A DNA stretch of 64,000 nt from Flavobacteriales bacterium (lineage in GTDB: Bacteria > Bacteroidota > Bacteroidia > Flavobacteriales_E > Vicingaceae), in assembly GCA_015075325.1 (NCBI GenBank), contig JABTUP010000011.1:27072-91071 (forward strand). Direction: 5' to 3'. The translations under genes and the position numbers were made by a program. The notes under the pieces were generated by a model. That model ran no database searches, had not been told where the DNA came from, and was given only the letters and a program-made list of their open reading frames with translations. Of the stretch, positions 1-10,272 are shown piece by piece; position 1 is the first letter of the stretch; every line of letters begins with the position of its first letter.

Positions 1-1
1 G

Positions 2-1387
2 TATGCACATCTTTTACAAAAAAGCAACAACATTGAAGAGGCCGTAAAACAATATCAAATTTTAAGTCAGAAAAATCCTCACAATATTGATTTGTTATAT
101 AATTTGGCTGGCACACAATTGTATTCAGGAAAGTACGAAGAAGCATTAAAAACGTATAATAAATTAGAAACTGAAGTGGGTATTTCGGAAGAAATTTCAT
201 TGCAAAAACAAAAAATTTACATCAAGCTAAACAACATCGAAAAAGCTGCCGAAGAACTAGAAAAATTATCCAATAAATTCCCTGACGAAACCAAATATCA
301 AGGCTATTTAGCCGACATGTATTTAGTAAACAACATGCCCGAAAAGGCTTTCGAGATTTATAAAAAAATTTTAGAAAAAGATCCTAACGACCCCTATTCT
401 CATTTGGCTTTATACGAATACTACAAAAATAAAGGCGATAAAGAAAAAGCAGCTCAAGAAATAAAACAAGTTTTTGAAAACAAAGAATTTAGTATCGATA
501 CCAAAATGCAAATTTTATTGCAATATTATGCTCAATCCGAATCAAAAACCGAGATAAAACAAGATGCTTATGACTTAAGTAAGTTACTTATTCAAACTCA
601 TCCTGATGACGCAAAATCTTACACCATTTATGGCGATTTTCTTTATCGCGACAAAAAACTCGACGGAGCAAAAGAAAATTACCTAAAAGCCATTGAATTA
701 GACAGTTCAAGATTTGCTTTATGGAGTCAAGTAATGTTTATCGAATCTGAATTGCAAGATTTTAATGGAATGTTAAAACACAGTAAAATGGCGTTAGATT
801 TATTTCCAAACCAACCTCTTTTCTATTTCTTTTACGGTATTTCAAATATTCAAAATAAAACCTACCAAGAAGCAATTGATTATTTAGAGTTAGGAAAAGA
901 TTTTGTGGTAAGTAATCCTCCTCTTTTGGCTCAGTTTTATGCCAATTTAGGCGATAGTTATTATCGTGTAAAAGACCATAAAAATTCTGATAAATATTAC
1001 GAAAAAGCATTAGAAATAGAACCTAATAATATTTATGTACTAAATAATTACAGCTACTATTTATCATTACGAGGAGAAAATTTAGAAAGAGCGGAAGCTC
1101 TATCATTAAAAGCAAACGAATTAGAACCCAATCAACCCAATTATGAAGACACCTATGCTTGGATTTTATACAAACAAGGCAAATATGTGGCTGCAAAAGA
1201 ATGGTTAGAAAAAGCCATAGAAAATGGAGGGAAAAATAATGCAGTAATCATAGAACATTTAGGCGATGTAAATGCCAAATTAGGAAACATCGAAAAAGCT
1301 TTAGAACTTTGGATTAAAGCAAAATCGCTTGGAGAAACATCTGAATTAATTGATAAAAAGATAGCCGATAAAAAGTTGTATGAGTAA
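2..1387 (+). CDS. Tetratricopeptide repeat (TPR) protein, 5'-partial
   Basis: The frame is open from base 2 (YAHLLQKSNN...), so the gene starts before the window. It has many TPR-like helices (e.g. ALEIEPNNIYVLNNYSYYL, DTYAWILYKQGKY). It precedes DUF4292-like and M23 genes, a common Bacteroidota arrangement. Confidence 0.85.
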   Translation, partial: YAHLLQKSNNIEEAVKQYQILSQKNPHNIDLLYNLAGTQLYSGKYEEALKTYNKLETEVGISEEISLQKQKIYIKLNNIEKAAEELEKLSNKFPDETKYQGYLADMYLVNNMPEKAFEIYKKILEKDPNDPYSHLALYEYYKNKGDKEKAAQEIKQVFENKEFSIDTKMQILLQYYAQSESKTEIKQDAYDLSKLLIQTHPDDAKSYTIYGDFLYRDKKLDGAKENYLKAIELDSSRFALWSQVMFIESELQDFNGMLKHSKMALDLFPNQPLFYFFYGISNIQNKTYQEAIDYLELGKDFVVSNPPLLAQFYANLGDSYYRVKDHKNSDKYYEKALEIEPNNIYVLNNYSYYLSLRGENLERAEALSLKANELEPNQPNYEDTYAWILYKQGKYVAAKEWLEKAIENGGKNNAVIIEHLGDVNAKLGNIEKALELWIKAKSLGETSELIDKKIADKKLYE

Positions 1388-2291
1388 TCAAGTTTTCAGT
1401 CTTCAATCTTCAGTCTTCAGTCTTCGGTCTTCGGTCTTCAGTCTTCCAACTTCAGACTTCTGTCTTCGGTCTTCCAACCTCTGTCTTCTAACTTCTGTCT
1501 TCCTGCTTTTTCTGTTCTCATGCAAAGCTCCAAAAGAGGTAGTAAAAGTTAAGTTAGAACATTATTCAACAAAAGAACTTCTGGAAAAACTAGATTCAAA
1601 CGAAATAAAATTTGAATCGCTTTCTACAAAAGCAGATATAACCGTTTTTGATGAAAAAGAAACTTCTTTTAAAGCACATTTACGTATTAAAAAGGACAGT
1701 GCAATTTGGATTTCGATAACTCCTGCATTAGGAATAGAAATGGCACGCGTACTTATTACAAAAGATACCGTAATGTTTATGGATAGAATTCATAACAAAT
1801 ATTTTGTTGGCGATTTTGCATTTATCAACAAGTCGTTTAATGTAGAATTAGATTACAGTATGCTAGAAGCCCTTTTAGTTGGAAACAGCATTGACTTTGA
1901 AAAAAATGAAAAAGTTAAAACAGCAATCGATCGTCAAAAAGATTATTATTTTATTGGTACCGAACGAAAACGAAAGGTAAAAAAGGATATCAAAAAGGAT
2001 ATTAAAAAAGACAAGGAAGTAATAAAAAATCAAACCCAAATTTTATGGATTTATCCCGAATCGTTTAAAATTGCTGAACTATTGTTAAAAGACCCCGAAA
2101 AAGACCAATCATTACAAGGAGTTTTTTCTGAACACAAATTAGTTAATGAACAATTGTTTCCTTTTAAACTAAATTTTATGGTTGAATCAAAGAAAAACCT
2201 TAAAATTGATGTGGAATACGGAAAAATAACACTTAATAACACTTTAAATTTTTCGTTTAAAATACCCGAAAAGTATGAGCAAATTCAATAA
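1380..2291 (+). CDS. DUF4292-like lipoprotein; N-terminus expanded by a 7-bp repeat array
   Basis: Lipobox-like LFLFSC, then LRIKKDSAIWISITPALGIEMARVLIT typical of DUF4292. ATG overlaps the TPR stop. Confidence 0.75.
   Translation: MSNQVFSLQSSVFSLRSSVFSLPTSDFCLRSSNLCLLTSVFLLFLFSCKAPKEVVKVKLEHYSTKELLEKLDSNEIKFESLSTKADITVFDEKETSFKAHLRIKKDSAIWISITPALGIEMARVLITKDTVMFMDRIHNKYFVGDFAFINKSFNVELDYSMLEALLVGNSIDFEKNEKVKTAIDRQKDYYFIGTERKRKVKKDIKKDIKKDKEVIKNQTQILWIYPESFKIAELLLKDPEKDQSLQGVFSEHKLVNEQLFPFKLNFMVESKKNLKIDVEYGKITLNNTLNFSFKIPEKYEQIQ
1391..1502 (+). repeat. Degenerate 7-bp tandem array (16 units, nnnCTTC)
   Basis: agttttc agtcttc aatcttc agtcttc agtcttc ggtcttc ggtcttc agtcttc caacttc agacttc tgtcttc ggtcttc caacctc tgtcttc taacttc tgtcttc. 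Confidence 0.95.
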
Positions 2292-3531
2292 ATACCTACC
2301 AGTATTTGTGGTTTTGATGTTGTTTTCAATAACATCATCAACCTCTTTTGCTCAAAATAAAAAGGATTTAGAAAACAAAAAGAAGGAACTTCAAAAAGAA
2401 ATTTCGTTAACCAATAAACTGCTAAACGAAACTAAAAAAAACAAAGAACTCACACTTGATGAGCTAGTTAAATTAAAAAGTAAAATTACTGCTCGACAAG
2501 AATTAATTTCTACCATACACCAAGGTATAAAATTGGTAAACAAGCAAATTAGCGAAACACAACAAAACATTACCTCGCTGCAAAACGAATTGGAGAAATT
2601 AAAGCAAGAATATGCTAAAATGATTTATTATGCATATAAAAACCGAAGCAACTTTGATAAGGTGATGTTTATCTTTTCTTCGAGCAGTTTTAACCAAGCC
2701 TATAAACGATTAAAATACATTCAACAATACACAGAATATCGCAAAAAACAAGCAGATGCAATTGTTAAAACCCAACAAGAATTAAAAGAAAAAATTGCTC
2801 AGTTAGAAATTGATAAACAAGAAAAATCAGCATTACTATCGCTAGAAGAACAAGAAAAACAAAAATTAGCCCTAGAAAAGGCCGAACAAGAAACCACTGT
2901 TCAAAAACTTCAAACAAAAGAGCAAGAACTAAAATCGGATTTAAGAAAAAAGGAAGAAGCAGCTCGTAAATTGCAAAAAGCCATTGAAAAAATTATTGAA
3001 GAGGAAATTAGAAAAGCACGAGAAGCTGCTGCAGCTGCCGCTAAAGCAAACAATAAAGACCCTAAAAGTACTTCAACAACTAGTTTTCCGATGACACCAG
3101 AAGCACAAAAACTATCCAATTCATTTGCTTCAAACAAAGGCAGTTTGCCTTGGCCAGTTATGGAAGGGGTTATTACCGATAGATTCGGACAACATCCACA
3201 CCCTGTTTTAACAGGAATTGTTGTAAACAATAACGGTATTGATATTAGCACCACAAAAGGAGCTATAGCAAGAGCTATTTTTGATGGCGAGGTAAGCTCA
3301 GTAGCCATAATTCCTGGAGGTGGAAAAGTGGTGATGATTAGACATGGTGAATACCTCAGCGTTTATTCCTATTTAAGTGATGTGTATGTGAAAAAAGGTG
3401 ACAAAATAACCACCAAACAACATTTAGGAACATTAGTAAGTGAGCCTGATAAAGCCAAAACAACCGTTCACTTAGAAATTTGGAAAGGAATGACCAAACT
3501 AAACCCAGAGTATTGGATTTTTAGAAAATAA
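2275..3531 (+). CDS. Murein hydrolase activator EnvC-like / peptidase M23 family coiled-coil protein
   Basis: Signal peptide, long coiled coil, and C-terminal M23 fold (LPWPV...ITDRFG, NNGIDI, VMIRHGEYLSVY, VHLEIW). Confidence 0.9.
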   Translation: MSKFNKYLPVFVVLMLFSITSSTSFAQNKKDLENKKKELQKEISLTNKLLNETKKNKELTLDELVKLKSKITARQELISTIHQGIKLVNKQISETQQNITSLQNELEKLKQEYAKMIYYAYKNRSNFDKVMFIFSSSSFNQAYKRLKYIQQYTEYRKKQADAIVKTQQELKEKIAQLEIDKQEKSALLSLEEQEKQKLALEKAEQETTVQKLQTKEQELKSDLRKKEEAARKLQKAIEKIIEEEIRKAREAAAAAAKANNKDPKSTSTTSFPMTPEAQKLSNSFASNKGSLPWPVMEGVITDRFGQHPHPVLTGIVVNNNGIDISTTKGAIARAIFDGEVSSVAIIPGGGKVVMIRHGEYLSVYSYLSDVYVKKGDKITTKQHLGTLVSEPDKAKTTVHLEIWKGMTKLNPEYWIFRK

Positions 3532-3541
3532 CCTTTTTTGC

Positions 3542-3601
3542 TCTCGCAGATTTCGCTAATTATCGCTGAAGTTTCTGCGTAAATCTGTGTAATCTGCGAG
3601 A
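3542..3601. repeat. Short inverted-repeat element related to the GxxExxY-flanking repeats
   Basis: tctcgcagatt (3542-3552) pairs with aatctgcgaga (3591-3601). It contains aatctgtgtaatc, identical to 50922-50934. Confidence 0.75.
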
Positions 3602-3618
3602 AATAACATAACCGATAA

Positions 3619-4587
3619 ATGAACTTCTTCCTCCATACACCAACAACAAAATCCAAAGTAAACCTCTCACACCAAGAGGCTATTTTACTATTGGGTTCGT
3701 GCTTTACCGAAAACATTGGTGAAAAACTGTTGAATTCAAAATTTAACGTAAACATCAATCCGTTTGGTATTATTTACAACCCCATTTCAATAGCCAATTC
3801 ATTAACCCGAATCGTAAACAATCAGCTTTATACCGAACAAGAATTATCAGAACAACATAAAAAATGGTTTAGTTTCGACCATCACGGCAGTTTTTCGTCG
3901 TTTAACCAGCAAGAATGTTTAACTAAAATTAACAACGAAATAACTTGTGCCTACCAACATTTACAAGAAACCAAAACCATTGTAATTACTTTAGGTACAG
4001 CGTGGGTTTACGAAAACATAGAAAACAAAAAATTGGTTGCCAATTGCCACAAAATTCCTGCAAAAAACTTTACAAAACGATTGCTTTCTGTTGAGGAAAT
4101 AGTTCATCATTTTTCAGCTTTAGCAAACAAACTAAATAAGATAAATTTTTTATTTACTGTTAGTCCAGTTCGTCATGTTAGCGATGGTTTGCACGAAAAC
4201 AACATCAGCAAATCGGTATTGCACTTGGCAATTCATCAACTAACCTCGCAACATAAGAATTGTTCTTACTTTGCAGCTTACGAAATGATTATCGACGAAC
4301 TTCGCGATTATCGTTTCTATAAAGAAGATATGATTCACCCAACGCCTCAAGCTATTAACTATGTGTGGGAGAAGTTTGTAGATACTTATTTTGCTAACGA
4401 AACAAAAAACCTAATCCTTAAAATTGATAAAATTTTGAGTGCGACACAACACAAACCCTTTAATTTTGATAGTGAAGCACACCAAAAATTTATTTCTGAC
4501 CAACTTAGTTTGATAGATGAGTTAACTAAAAACCATCCGTTTTTGAATCTTGAAAAAGAGAAAAACAAAATTAAACATTTGAAATAA
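3619..4587 (+). CDS. GSCFA domain-containing protein
   Basis: LGSCFTENIG motif; TVSPVRH, YFAAYE, DELRDYRFY and DMIHP motifs typical of the GSCFA family. Confidence 0.9.
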   Translation: MNFFLHTPTTKSKVNLSHQEAILLLGSCFTENIGEKLLNSKFNVNINPFGIIYNPISIANSLTRIVNNQLYTEQELSEQHKKWFSFDHHGSFSSFNQQECLTKINNEITCAYQHLQETKTIVITLGTAWVYENIENKKLVANCHKIPAKNFTKRLLSVEEIVHHFSALANKLNKINFLFTVSPVRHVSDGLHENNISKSVLHLAIHQLTSQHKNCSYFAAYEMIIDELRDYRFYKEDMIHPTPQAINYVWEKFVDTYFANETKNLILKIDKILSATQHKPFNFDSEAHQKFISDQLSLIDELTKNHPFLNLEKEKNKIKHLK

Positions 4588-4723
4588 GTATTGTTTTTGT
4601 ATTAAATCGACCGTTGAGGTACGAAATGAGGGAAAGTTTACATTTTTAATCACATAAGATTAAACCACAACAATTTGAATTTCAATTATTTGAATTCGTG
4701 TTCTGAACTACAGTCACATAAGA

Positions 4724-6172
4724 TTACGCCCAAAACGGAAGATATTTAGCATGTTTTTTAGACTTATTTTCAGGGTCAAAATCTTTTATTTGCCCCGATT
4801 TGATAGCTTCCGATATTATTCTAGAAGCAATAGAATAATTTTTCTCCTCTATTCCAAATCTCTCTCTAAGGGTTTGGTTAGTCATTGATTCACCAGAAAC
4901 ATATTTTAGACAAGAATGTAAGTAACTTGCCCTTATTTTATCATCTTTATCCATTTGTCTCAATGTTTTATGAGCATAAAGAGTCACTCTGGTGTAGTTC
5001 TCTCCTTCAGTAAATTTAGGAGCTGGAAGCTGATAGTATTCACATTCGAAAATAACCTTATCTATACCACTACCTCGTTCTTCACAAATATTAATTCTTC
5101 TCATAAATTGAGCAAGTTTTTCATTTCTTGATTGAGGGTTGTGGTCAACAAATCTCATAGTGCTTATCAACGGTTTTCCAGGGTTAGAAATTTCAATTCT
5201 ATCATCAAATATTTCAATCATTGGACCTGTTCCCTTTTCACTAAAATCTTGATGAATAATTGAGTTAGCAACTAGTTCTCGTATCGCTAATTCTGGAAAC
5301 ATTTTCACCTCTTTTCTAAAAACCTTCCCAATCTCTTCATTCATTGGTAATTGGTCGTTTATGTAATTTATTAATCCTTTAAAGCCAGATGCATATCCTT
5401 TTTTCCCTTCTTGCTCTTTTTTAGTTTTTAATTTGTTTTTCCCTTGATATATAATAACCCTTATAGCTTTCCTTGTTAGTGTTTCAAAATCATCAAGCTG
5501 TTTAGCGAAAAGTATAGCTCCTAAATTTGTAATATCAAATTTTTGTTTCTTTTTTATAATTAATTTTTCTTGTTGTAGTTTTTCAAATATTAAATCTCGA
5601 TTATCAGGAAGAGTGATATTCATTAAATCAAAATAAGAAGGGTAGTCTATAAGTCGCAAAACTTCATCTGCTTCAACATTACTAACAGCGATTCCTTTTT
5701 CAAAAACACTTGGCGGTCTTTTTGTCCAAATCAACCTAGCTTTTTCTGGGAAGTCATCAAGTTTTTTCTTGTAAGAACCTATCCTAATATATGGAATTCC
5801 TTCAAATTTAACTGGAGTATTAGATGCCGCTATAATTTTGAAAATTATTATTTTTTCATTTTCAACTTTAAATTCGAAAAATTCAAAATGTATCCGAGGC
5901 TCAAGTAAACGAGTAATCCAAGGAATCAAATCTTCATTCCCTTTTCCTTTTTGATAGGGATTAAATTTCGTTCCAACTATTCGGTGGGTACGATCATCTA
6001 CGCCAAAAACAATATATGCAAACTCTTTATTATGAATGCAGGCTGAGTTAGAAAGAGCAGATATGTACTCTCCAAGTTCTTGTGCATTATTGGCTTTAAA
6101 TTCTAACCATTCCGTTTCATTAGGAAATGCTCTTAATTCACTTATAAGAATATTAAGTTCTGAATTTGTCAT
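4724..6172 (-). CDS. Schlafen/AlbA_2 + HATPase_c_4 (RecG C-terminal-like) ATP-binding protein
   Basis: N-terminal ETEWLEFK...ISALSN (AlbA_2); ELVANSIIHQD, DRIEISNPG, RNEKLA, EERGSGI (HATPase_c_4); C-terminal HTH-like segment. Confidence 0.85.
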   Translation of the reverse strand: MTNSELNILISELRAFPNETEWLEFKANNAQELGEYISALSNSACIHNKEFAYIVFGVDDRTHRIVGTKFNPYQKGKGNEDLIPWITRLLEPRIHFEFFEFKVENEKIIIFKIIAASNTPVKFEGIPYIRIGSYKKKLDDFPEKARLIWTKRPPSVFEKGIAVSNVEADEVLRLIDYPSYFDLMNITLPDNRDLIFEKLQQEKLIIKKKQKFDITNLGAILFAKQLDDFETLTRKAIRVIIYQGKNKLKTKKEQEGKKGYASGFKGLINYINDQLPMNEEIGKVFRKEVKMFPELAIRELVANSIIHQDFSEKGTGPMIEIFDDRIEISNPGKPLISTMRFVDHNPQSRNEKLAQFMRRINICEERGSGIDKVIFECEYYQLPAPKFTEGENYTRVTLYAHKTLRQMDKDDKIRASYLHSCLKYVSGESMTNQTLRERFGIEEKNYSIASRIISEAIKSGQIKDFDPENKSKKHAKYLPFWA

Positions 6173-6345
6173 ATAAAATTCGTTTTATAATATACAGTAT
6201 TATAGACTGTTAGTATTTAGACACATCTACTTAGTCACATACCAGTCACATAAACAAATATACAAAAATTCAACATTATTGTTATGTTTTTTAAACCCTT
6301 ATAAAACCGCTTTTTTATTTCAACTGTCTATTCAAACAAAAAAAG

Positions 6346-6353
6346 TAACTTTG
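6346..6353 (+). promoter_or_regulatory. Bacteroidota -7 promoter element (TAnnTTTG) for rseP
   Basis: taactttg, 14 nt upstream of the ATG at 6368. Confidence 0.6.
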
Positions 6354-6367
6354 CAAAAAAATATTAG

Positions 6368-7702
6368 ATGGATTACGTTATACAAGCAGGTCAATTATTA
6401 TTAAGCATTTCAATATTAGTGATATTACACGAAGGAGGTCACTTTTTTGCTGCAAAACTATTTAAAACCAAAGTAGAAAGTTTCTACTTGTTTTTTAACC
6501 CTTGGTTTTCGGTTTATAAAAAGAAAATTGGTGAAACCGAATACGGTATTGGCTGGTTGCCTTTGGGCGGTTATGTTAAAATTGCTGGTATGATTGACGA
6601 AAGCATGGACAAAGAGCAAATGAAATTGCCACCTCAACCTTGGGAATTCCGTTCGAAACCAACTTGGCAACGCTTAATTATTATGTTGGGTGGAATTATT
6701 GTAAACGTAATAGTTGGCTTTTTAATTTACAGCTTTGTGTTGATGGGCTATGGCGAAAAATATTTGCCAGCAAGCGAATTAAAAAACGGTATTTGGTGTG
6801 TAAACGATGTGGTAACTGATGAAATTGGCTTAAAAACAGGCGATAAAATTTTAACCATCAACGGAGTTGAACCAACCACTTTTGAGGATATGCAAGAGCA
6901 AATTTTCTATGCAACCTCATTAGAAGTAGATAGAAATGGCGAAAAAATTACATTAAATGTTCCAACCAATTTAATCGACAAATTGATTTCTGCCGAAAGA
7001 GGTCCTATGTTTTTACCTCGTATTCCGTTTACTGTTGGAGGAATAAAAGACGATTACGTTGCTGGAAAATCTGACTTAAAACTAAAAGACCAGATTGTTG
7101 GAGTTAACAATCAAGAAGTAAAATACTACGATCAATTTAAAGAGGTGTTTACTTCGTTAGCCAACCAGCAAGTAATGTTAAATGTTATTAGAGACGGACA
7201 AAAAGTTGATGTTCCAATTTTAGTTCCCGACTCAGCCATTTTAGGTGTTGCTCCTTATGCCTACTCTATTTTAGAATTAGAACAAGCAGGAATTTACAAA
7301 ACAAAAGCAGTTGAATATTCATTTTTTGCAGCTTTCCCAAGAGGAATTGAAATTGCTACTGAAAAACTGGTAAACTACTACAAACAATTTAAGTTGATGT
7401 TAAACCCCGAAACAGGAGCTTACAAAGGCATGGGCGGATTTGCAACCATCAGCAAACTATTTGGAACAGAATGGGTTTGGCAAAATTTCTGGGAAAAAAC
7501 TGCTTGGATTTCACTCGTTTTAGCTTTTATGAACTTACTTCCAATTCCGGCATTAGATGGCGGACACGTAATGTTTTTGTTGTACGAAATGATTACTCGC
7601 AGAAAACCAAACGAAAAAGCCATGGAATACGCTCAAATGGCAGGTATGATTTTGTTGTTGGCTTTTATGATTTACGCTAATACCGATTTCTTGAGGTTTT
7701 AG
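6368..7702 (+). CDS. rseP: RIP metalloprotease RseP (M50)
   Basis: HEGGH zinc motif, WLPLGGYVKI, PDZ region, NLLPIPALDGGH. Confidence 0.95.
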   Translation: MDYVIQAGQLLLSISILVILHEGGHFFAAKLFKTKVESFYLFFNPWFSVYKKKIGETEYGIGWLPLGGYVKIAGMIDESMDKEQMKLPPQPWEFRSKPTWQRLIIMLGGIIVNVIVGFLIYSFVLMGYGEKYLPASELKNGIWCVNDVVTDEIGLKTGDKILTINGVEPTTFEDMQEQIFYATSLEVDRNGEKITLNVPTNLIDKLISAERGPMFLPRIPFTVGGIKDDYVAGKSDLKLKDQIVGVNNQEVKYYDQFKEVFTSLANQQVMLNVIRDGQKVDVPILVPDSAILGVAPYAYSILELEQAGIYKTKAVEYSFFAAFPRGIEIATEKLVNYYKQFKLMLNPETGAYKGMGGFATISKLFGTEWVWQNFWEKTAWISLVLAFMNLLPIPALDGGHVMFLLYEMITRRKPNEKAMEYAQMAGMILLLAFMIYANTDFLRF

Positions 7703-9294
7703 TTTAAATCATAATCTCTTCCATCTTCAAGCACTCGTTTTCTTGGAATGTAATTTGTGTTAAAAACACTGCATTTTTGATTTAACCCAATGTAATCAAT
7801 TTGATTTAAATCGATTATTGCATGAAACAAATCATCGGTGACAAATGGTTGATTTTTATTTTTAACAATAGTTTGATACACTAATTCCTGCTGTTTAAAC
7901 TCTTCCGAAACCCATAAAACAAATGGAATTTCGACATTTGATTTTGGCATTGTACCTGCATAATCATGTCCAACATGATTGTTTTCATCATACACATTTT
8001 CACTATGGTCGGATAGGTAAATTGACGAAAATAATTGATGTTGATTTTTGTTTGCTGCATTATTTAACATTGTAAAAACACTATCCACAATATAATCGTT
8101 ATACAAAATGGAGTTGTCATACTCATTAATAAGTTGTTCTTTATCAGAAGAATGATTGTTAAATTTATTAAAAGTTGAAGGATACCTTTTGTTGTAACTC
8201 GAGTGGCTTCCCATTAAATGCACTACAACAAACCTGTTTTTTTTATCATCTTGCAGCACTGTTTGAAGAGGTTCAAAAATCATTTCATCAAAAGAAGCTA
8301 AATAGGTGCTTTCAAATGATGAATTTCCAAATTTATTAACAAAAACAACTTGATCTGATGTTTGTGCGAGGTTATAAATAGCATTGTCCCACACGCCAAT
8401 TGGCGATTGATTTGAAATCCAATAGGTTTTAAATCCAGCCGAATGAAAAACATCTATTAAACTAACTGCTTCATCAATGTTTAAATTATTTTCAATGGTT
8501 GAATTGGTTAGCATCGATAAAACCGATTTAAAAGTAACAGAATAAGCACTTACCACATCGTCGTAAATTATAATATCACTTCTTTTTTTAAGTTTTGGAC
8601 TGGTTTCCTTTGAATAACCATAAACCGATAGGTGATTTCTATTTGCTGATTCTCCAAGAATTAGAACAAAAGTGTTTCCTTTTGTATGGTTAATGTTAAG
8701 CTTTGCATCAACCTGTTGAACCGTTCTTTTTTTCAGTTTATTATATGATTTTACTTCTTCGGCAAACGAAATAAAAGCTTCAATTGTTTGAGGAACTCCT
8801 TTTCTGACAAACCTATCATTAACATAATTTTCTGTAACAAACCCAATTGGCAACAACAAAAAAGTTGCGTAGAGATAGTTTTTTGGTTGTTGTTCAATAA
8901 TCGTATTTTGTTTTTTTAATGCATAAAAAAACAAACCAAAATAAGGCAAAACCATCAAATAATAGTAATTGAATTTTAATTGAACAAAATCTGTAGCTTC
9001 ATCTAAATTTGTGTTAAGCAATACAAACAAACTCGAAGCTGTTAGAGGTCCTTTTAAAATTATCCAATGAATAAGCGTTAATAATCCTTCTATAAAAAAT
9101 AGCGTAATTAATACATAATAAACTATTTTACTCTGAGAATAATAATGAATTAAAGTGAAAATAGGAACCCAACAAAGTACAATTGCAATTTCTCGAGTAT
9201 CATAAACATCAAAATTAATGAGCATAGCAACCGCTTGCACAAAGAAAATAAGGAGCAAAAGTGGTAAAGGAAATATACGCTGTAAAAAATTCAT
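7699..9294 (-). CDS. Phosphoethanolamine transferase (EptA/CptA family)
   Basis: N-terminal TM helices; LILGESANR, HLMGSH, NEYDNSILYND and YLSDH motifs. ATG 9294 is preferred over the ORF-track start at 9324. Confidence 0.85.
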   Translation of the reverse strand: MNFLQRIFPLPLLLLIFFVQAVAMLINFDVYDTREIAIVLCWVPIFTLIHYYSQSKIVYYVLITLFFIEGLLTLIHWIILKGPLTASSLFVLLNTNLDEATDFVQLKFNYYYLMVLPYFGLFFYALKKQNTIIEQQPKNYLYATFLLLPIGFVTENYVNDRFVRKGVPQTIEAFISFAEEVKSYNKLKKRTVQQVDAKLNINHTKGNTFVLILGESANRNHLSVYGYSKETSPKLKKRSDIIIYDDVVSAYSVTFKSVLSMLTNSTIENNLNIDEAVSLIDVFHSAGFKTYWISNQSPIGVWDNAIYNLAQTSDQVVFVNKFGNSSFESTYLASFDEMIFEPLQTVLQDDKKNRFVVVHLMGSHSSYNKRYPSTFNKFNNHSSDKEQLINEYDNSILYNDYIVDSVFTMLNNAANKNQHQLFSSIYLSDHSENVYDENNHVGHDYAGTMPKSNVEIPFVLWVSEEFKQQELVYQTIVKNKNQPFVTDDLFHAIIDLNQIDYIGLNQKCSVFNTNYIPRKRVLEDGRDYDLN

Positions 9295-9444
9295 CAAGTG
9301 CAAAAAGTACTGAAGCTGAAGCAAATTTATGAATTTAACTCGATGTGATGCTCTCTTTTAATTGAGTTTTAAATTAACCTTTCCATGTTAAAAACACTTT
9401 TTTAGTTGAGTTATTATAGGAATTTATTTGTATAGTTTTACTAC

Positions 9445-10257
9445 ATGAGAAAACTGTTTTTACCAGCTAGCTTACTTTTAATTTTTGCTCTTTTTTTAAG
9501 CACCAAAGGCTTTTCGCAAGAAACAACCAAAGGCGATGTAACAATAAATAACTCTGCTGAAAAAAATAGCGTGTTAATTGTACCTTTCGAACCACGATTG
9601 TATATTTCTGATATCGACAACAACCTTGCAAAAAACAATGAAATGACATATCAGGACATTAAAGCAAAATTTAGAGCAGGATTAGATCAAAACATTTTTA
9701 TTGCTTTAAAACCATACTACAAAGCATTGTCGTTTTATACCGTTGATGAACAAGAAACTCGAACCGAACTCTCGTACATCTATAATTCAATAGGTTATAA
9801 ATACGAAGTGCTGCCCGAAGTACAACCCAAAACAAAAGGAAAAAAACTACTAAACAAGTTTAATAAAAACGAGAAAGAGAAAGAATACCAAAAAGCTGGC
9901 ATTCAAAATGGTGAAATTGTTTCTGAGGTTGATAACCGTGAAAAATACATGAAAACAGTTATTTCCAATACCGAATTAATTGTTAATCTCAACAAAAAAT
10001 ACCAAGCCGAATATTATATTTTTATCAATGAGTTAGATATTAAAAGAGGCTCAGAAGGACAATATTTAGGTGGCGATAAAAATAGCGATAGAGAGATAAA
10101 AGTGCATTACACCATTTTCGATAAAACCGAGAAAGAAGTTGCTTCGGGAGCAATTAAAACTACACTGAGTTCATCTGAAGATGACATCAATAAAATTATA
10201 AAATCCAAGTTTCCGTTAATAGCAGAGCAAATAGTTCAGCAATTGATTGTGAAATAA
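9445..10257 (+). CDS. Hypothetical exported protein
   Basis: 270-aa ORF with signal peptide and native codon style; no recognisable family motif. Confidence 0.7.
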   Translation: MRKLFLPASLLLIFALFLSTKGFSQETTKGDVTINNSAEKNSVLIVPFEPRLYISDIDNNLAKNNEMTYQDIKAKFRAGLDQNIFIALKPYYKALSFYTVDEQETRTELSYIYNSIGYKYEVLPEVQPKTKGKKLLNKFNKNEKEKEYQKAGIQNGEIVSEVDNREKYMKTVISNTELIVNLNKKYQAEYYIFINELDIKRGSEGQYLGGDKNSDREIKVHYTIFDKTEKEVASGAIKTTLSSSEDDINKIIKSKFPLIAEQIVQQLIVK

Positions 10258-10272
10258 GTACTTAACAAACTT

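Noticed and set aside
1978-2012. 12-bp tandem repeat encoding KKDI-KKDI-KKD
   Set aside because: A short in-frame slippage duplication in a Lys-rich loop, with no wider pattern.
7699-9294. Phosphoethanolamine transferase as an acquired mcr-like resistance gene
   Set aside because: No mobile flanks or IS; it fits a chromosomal EptA/CptA family member.
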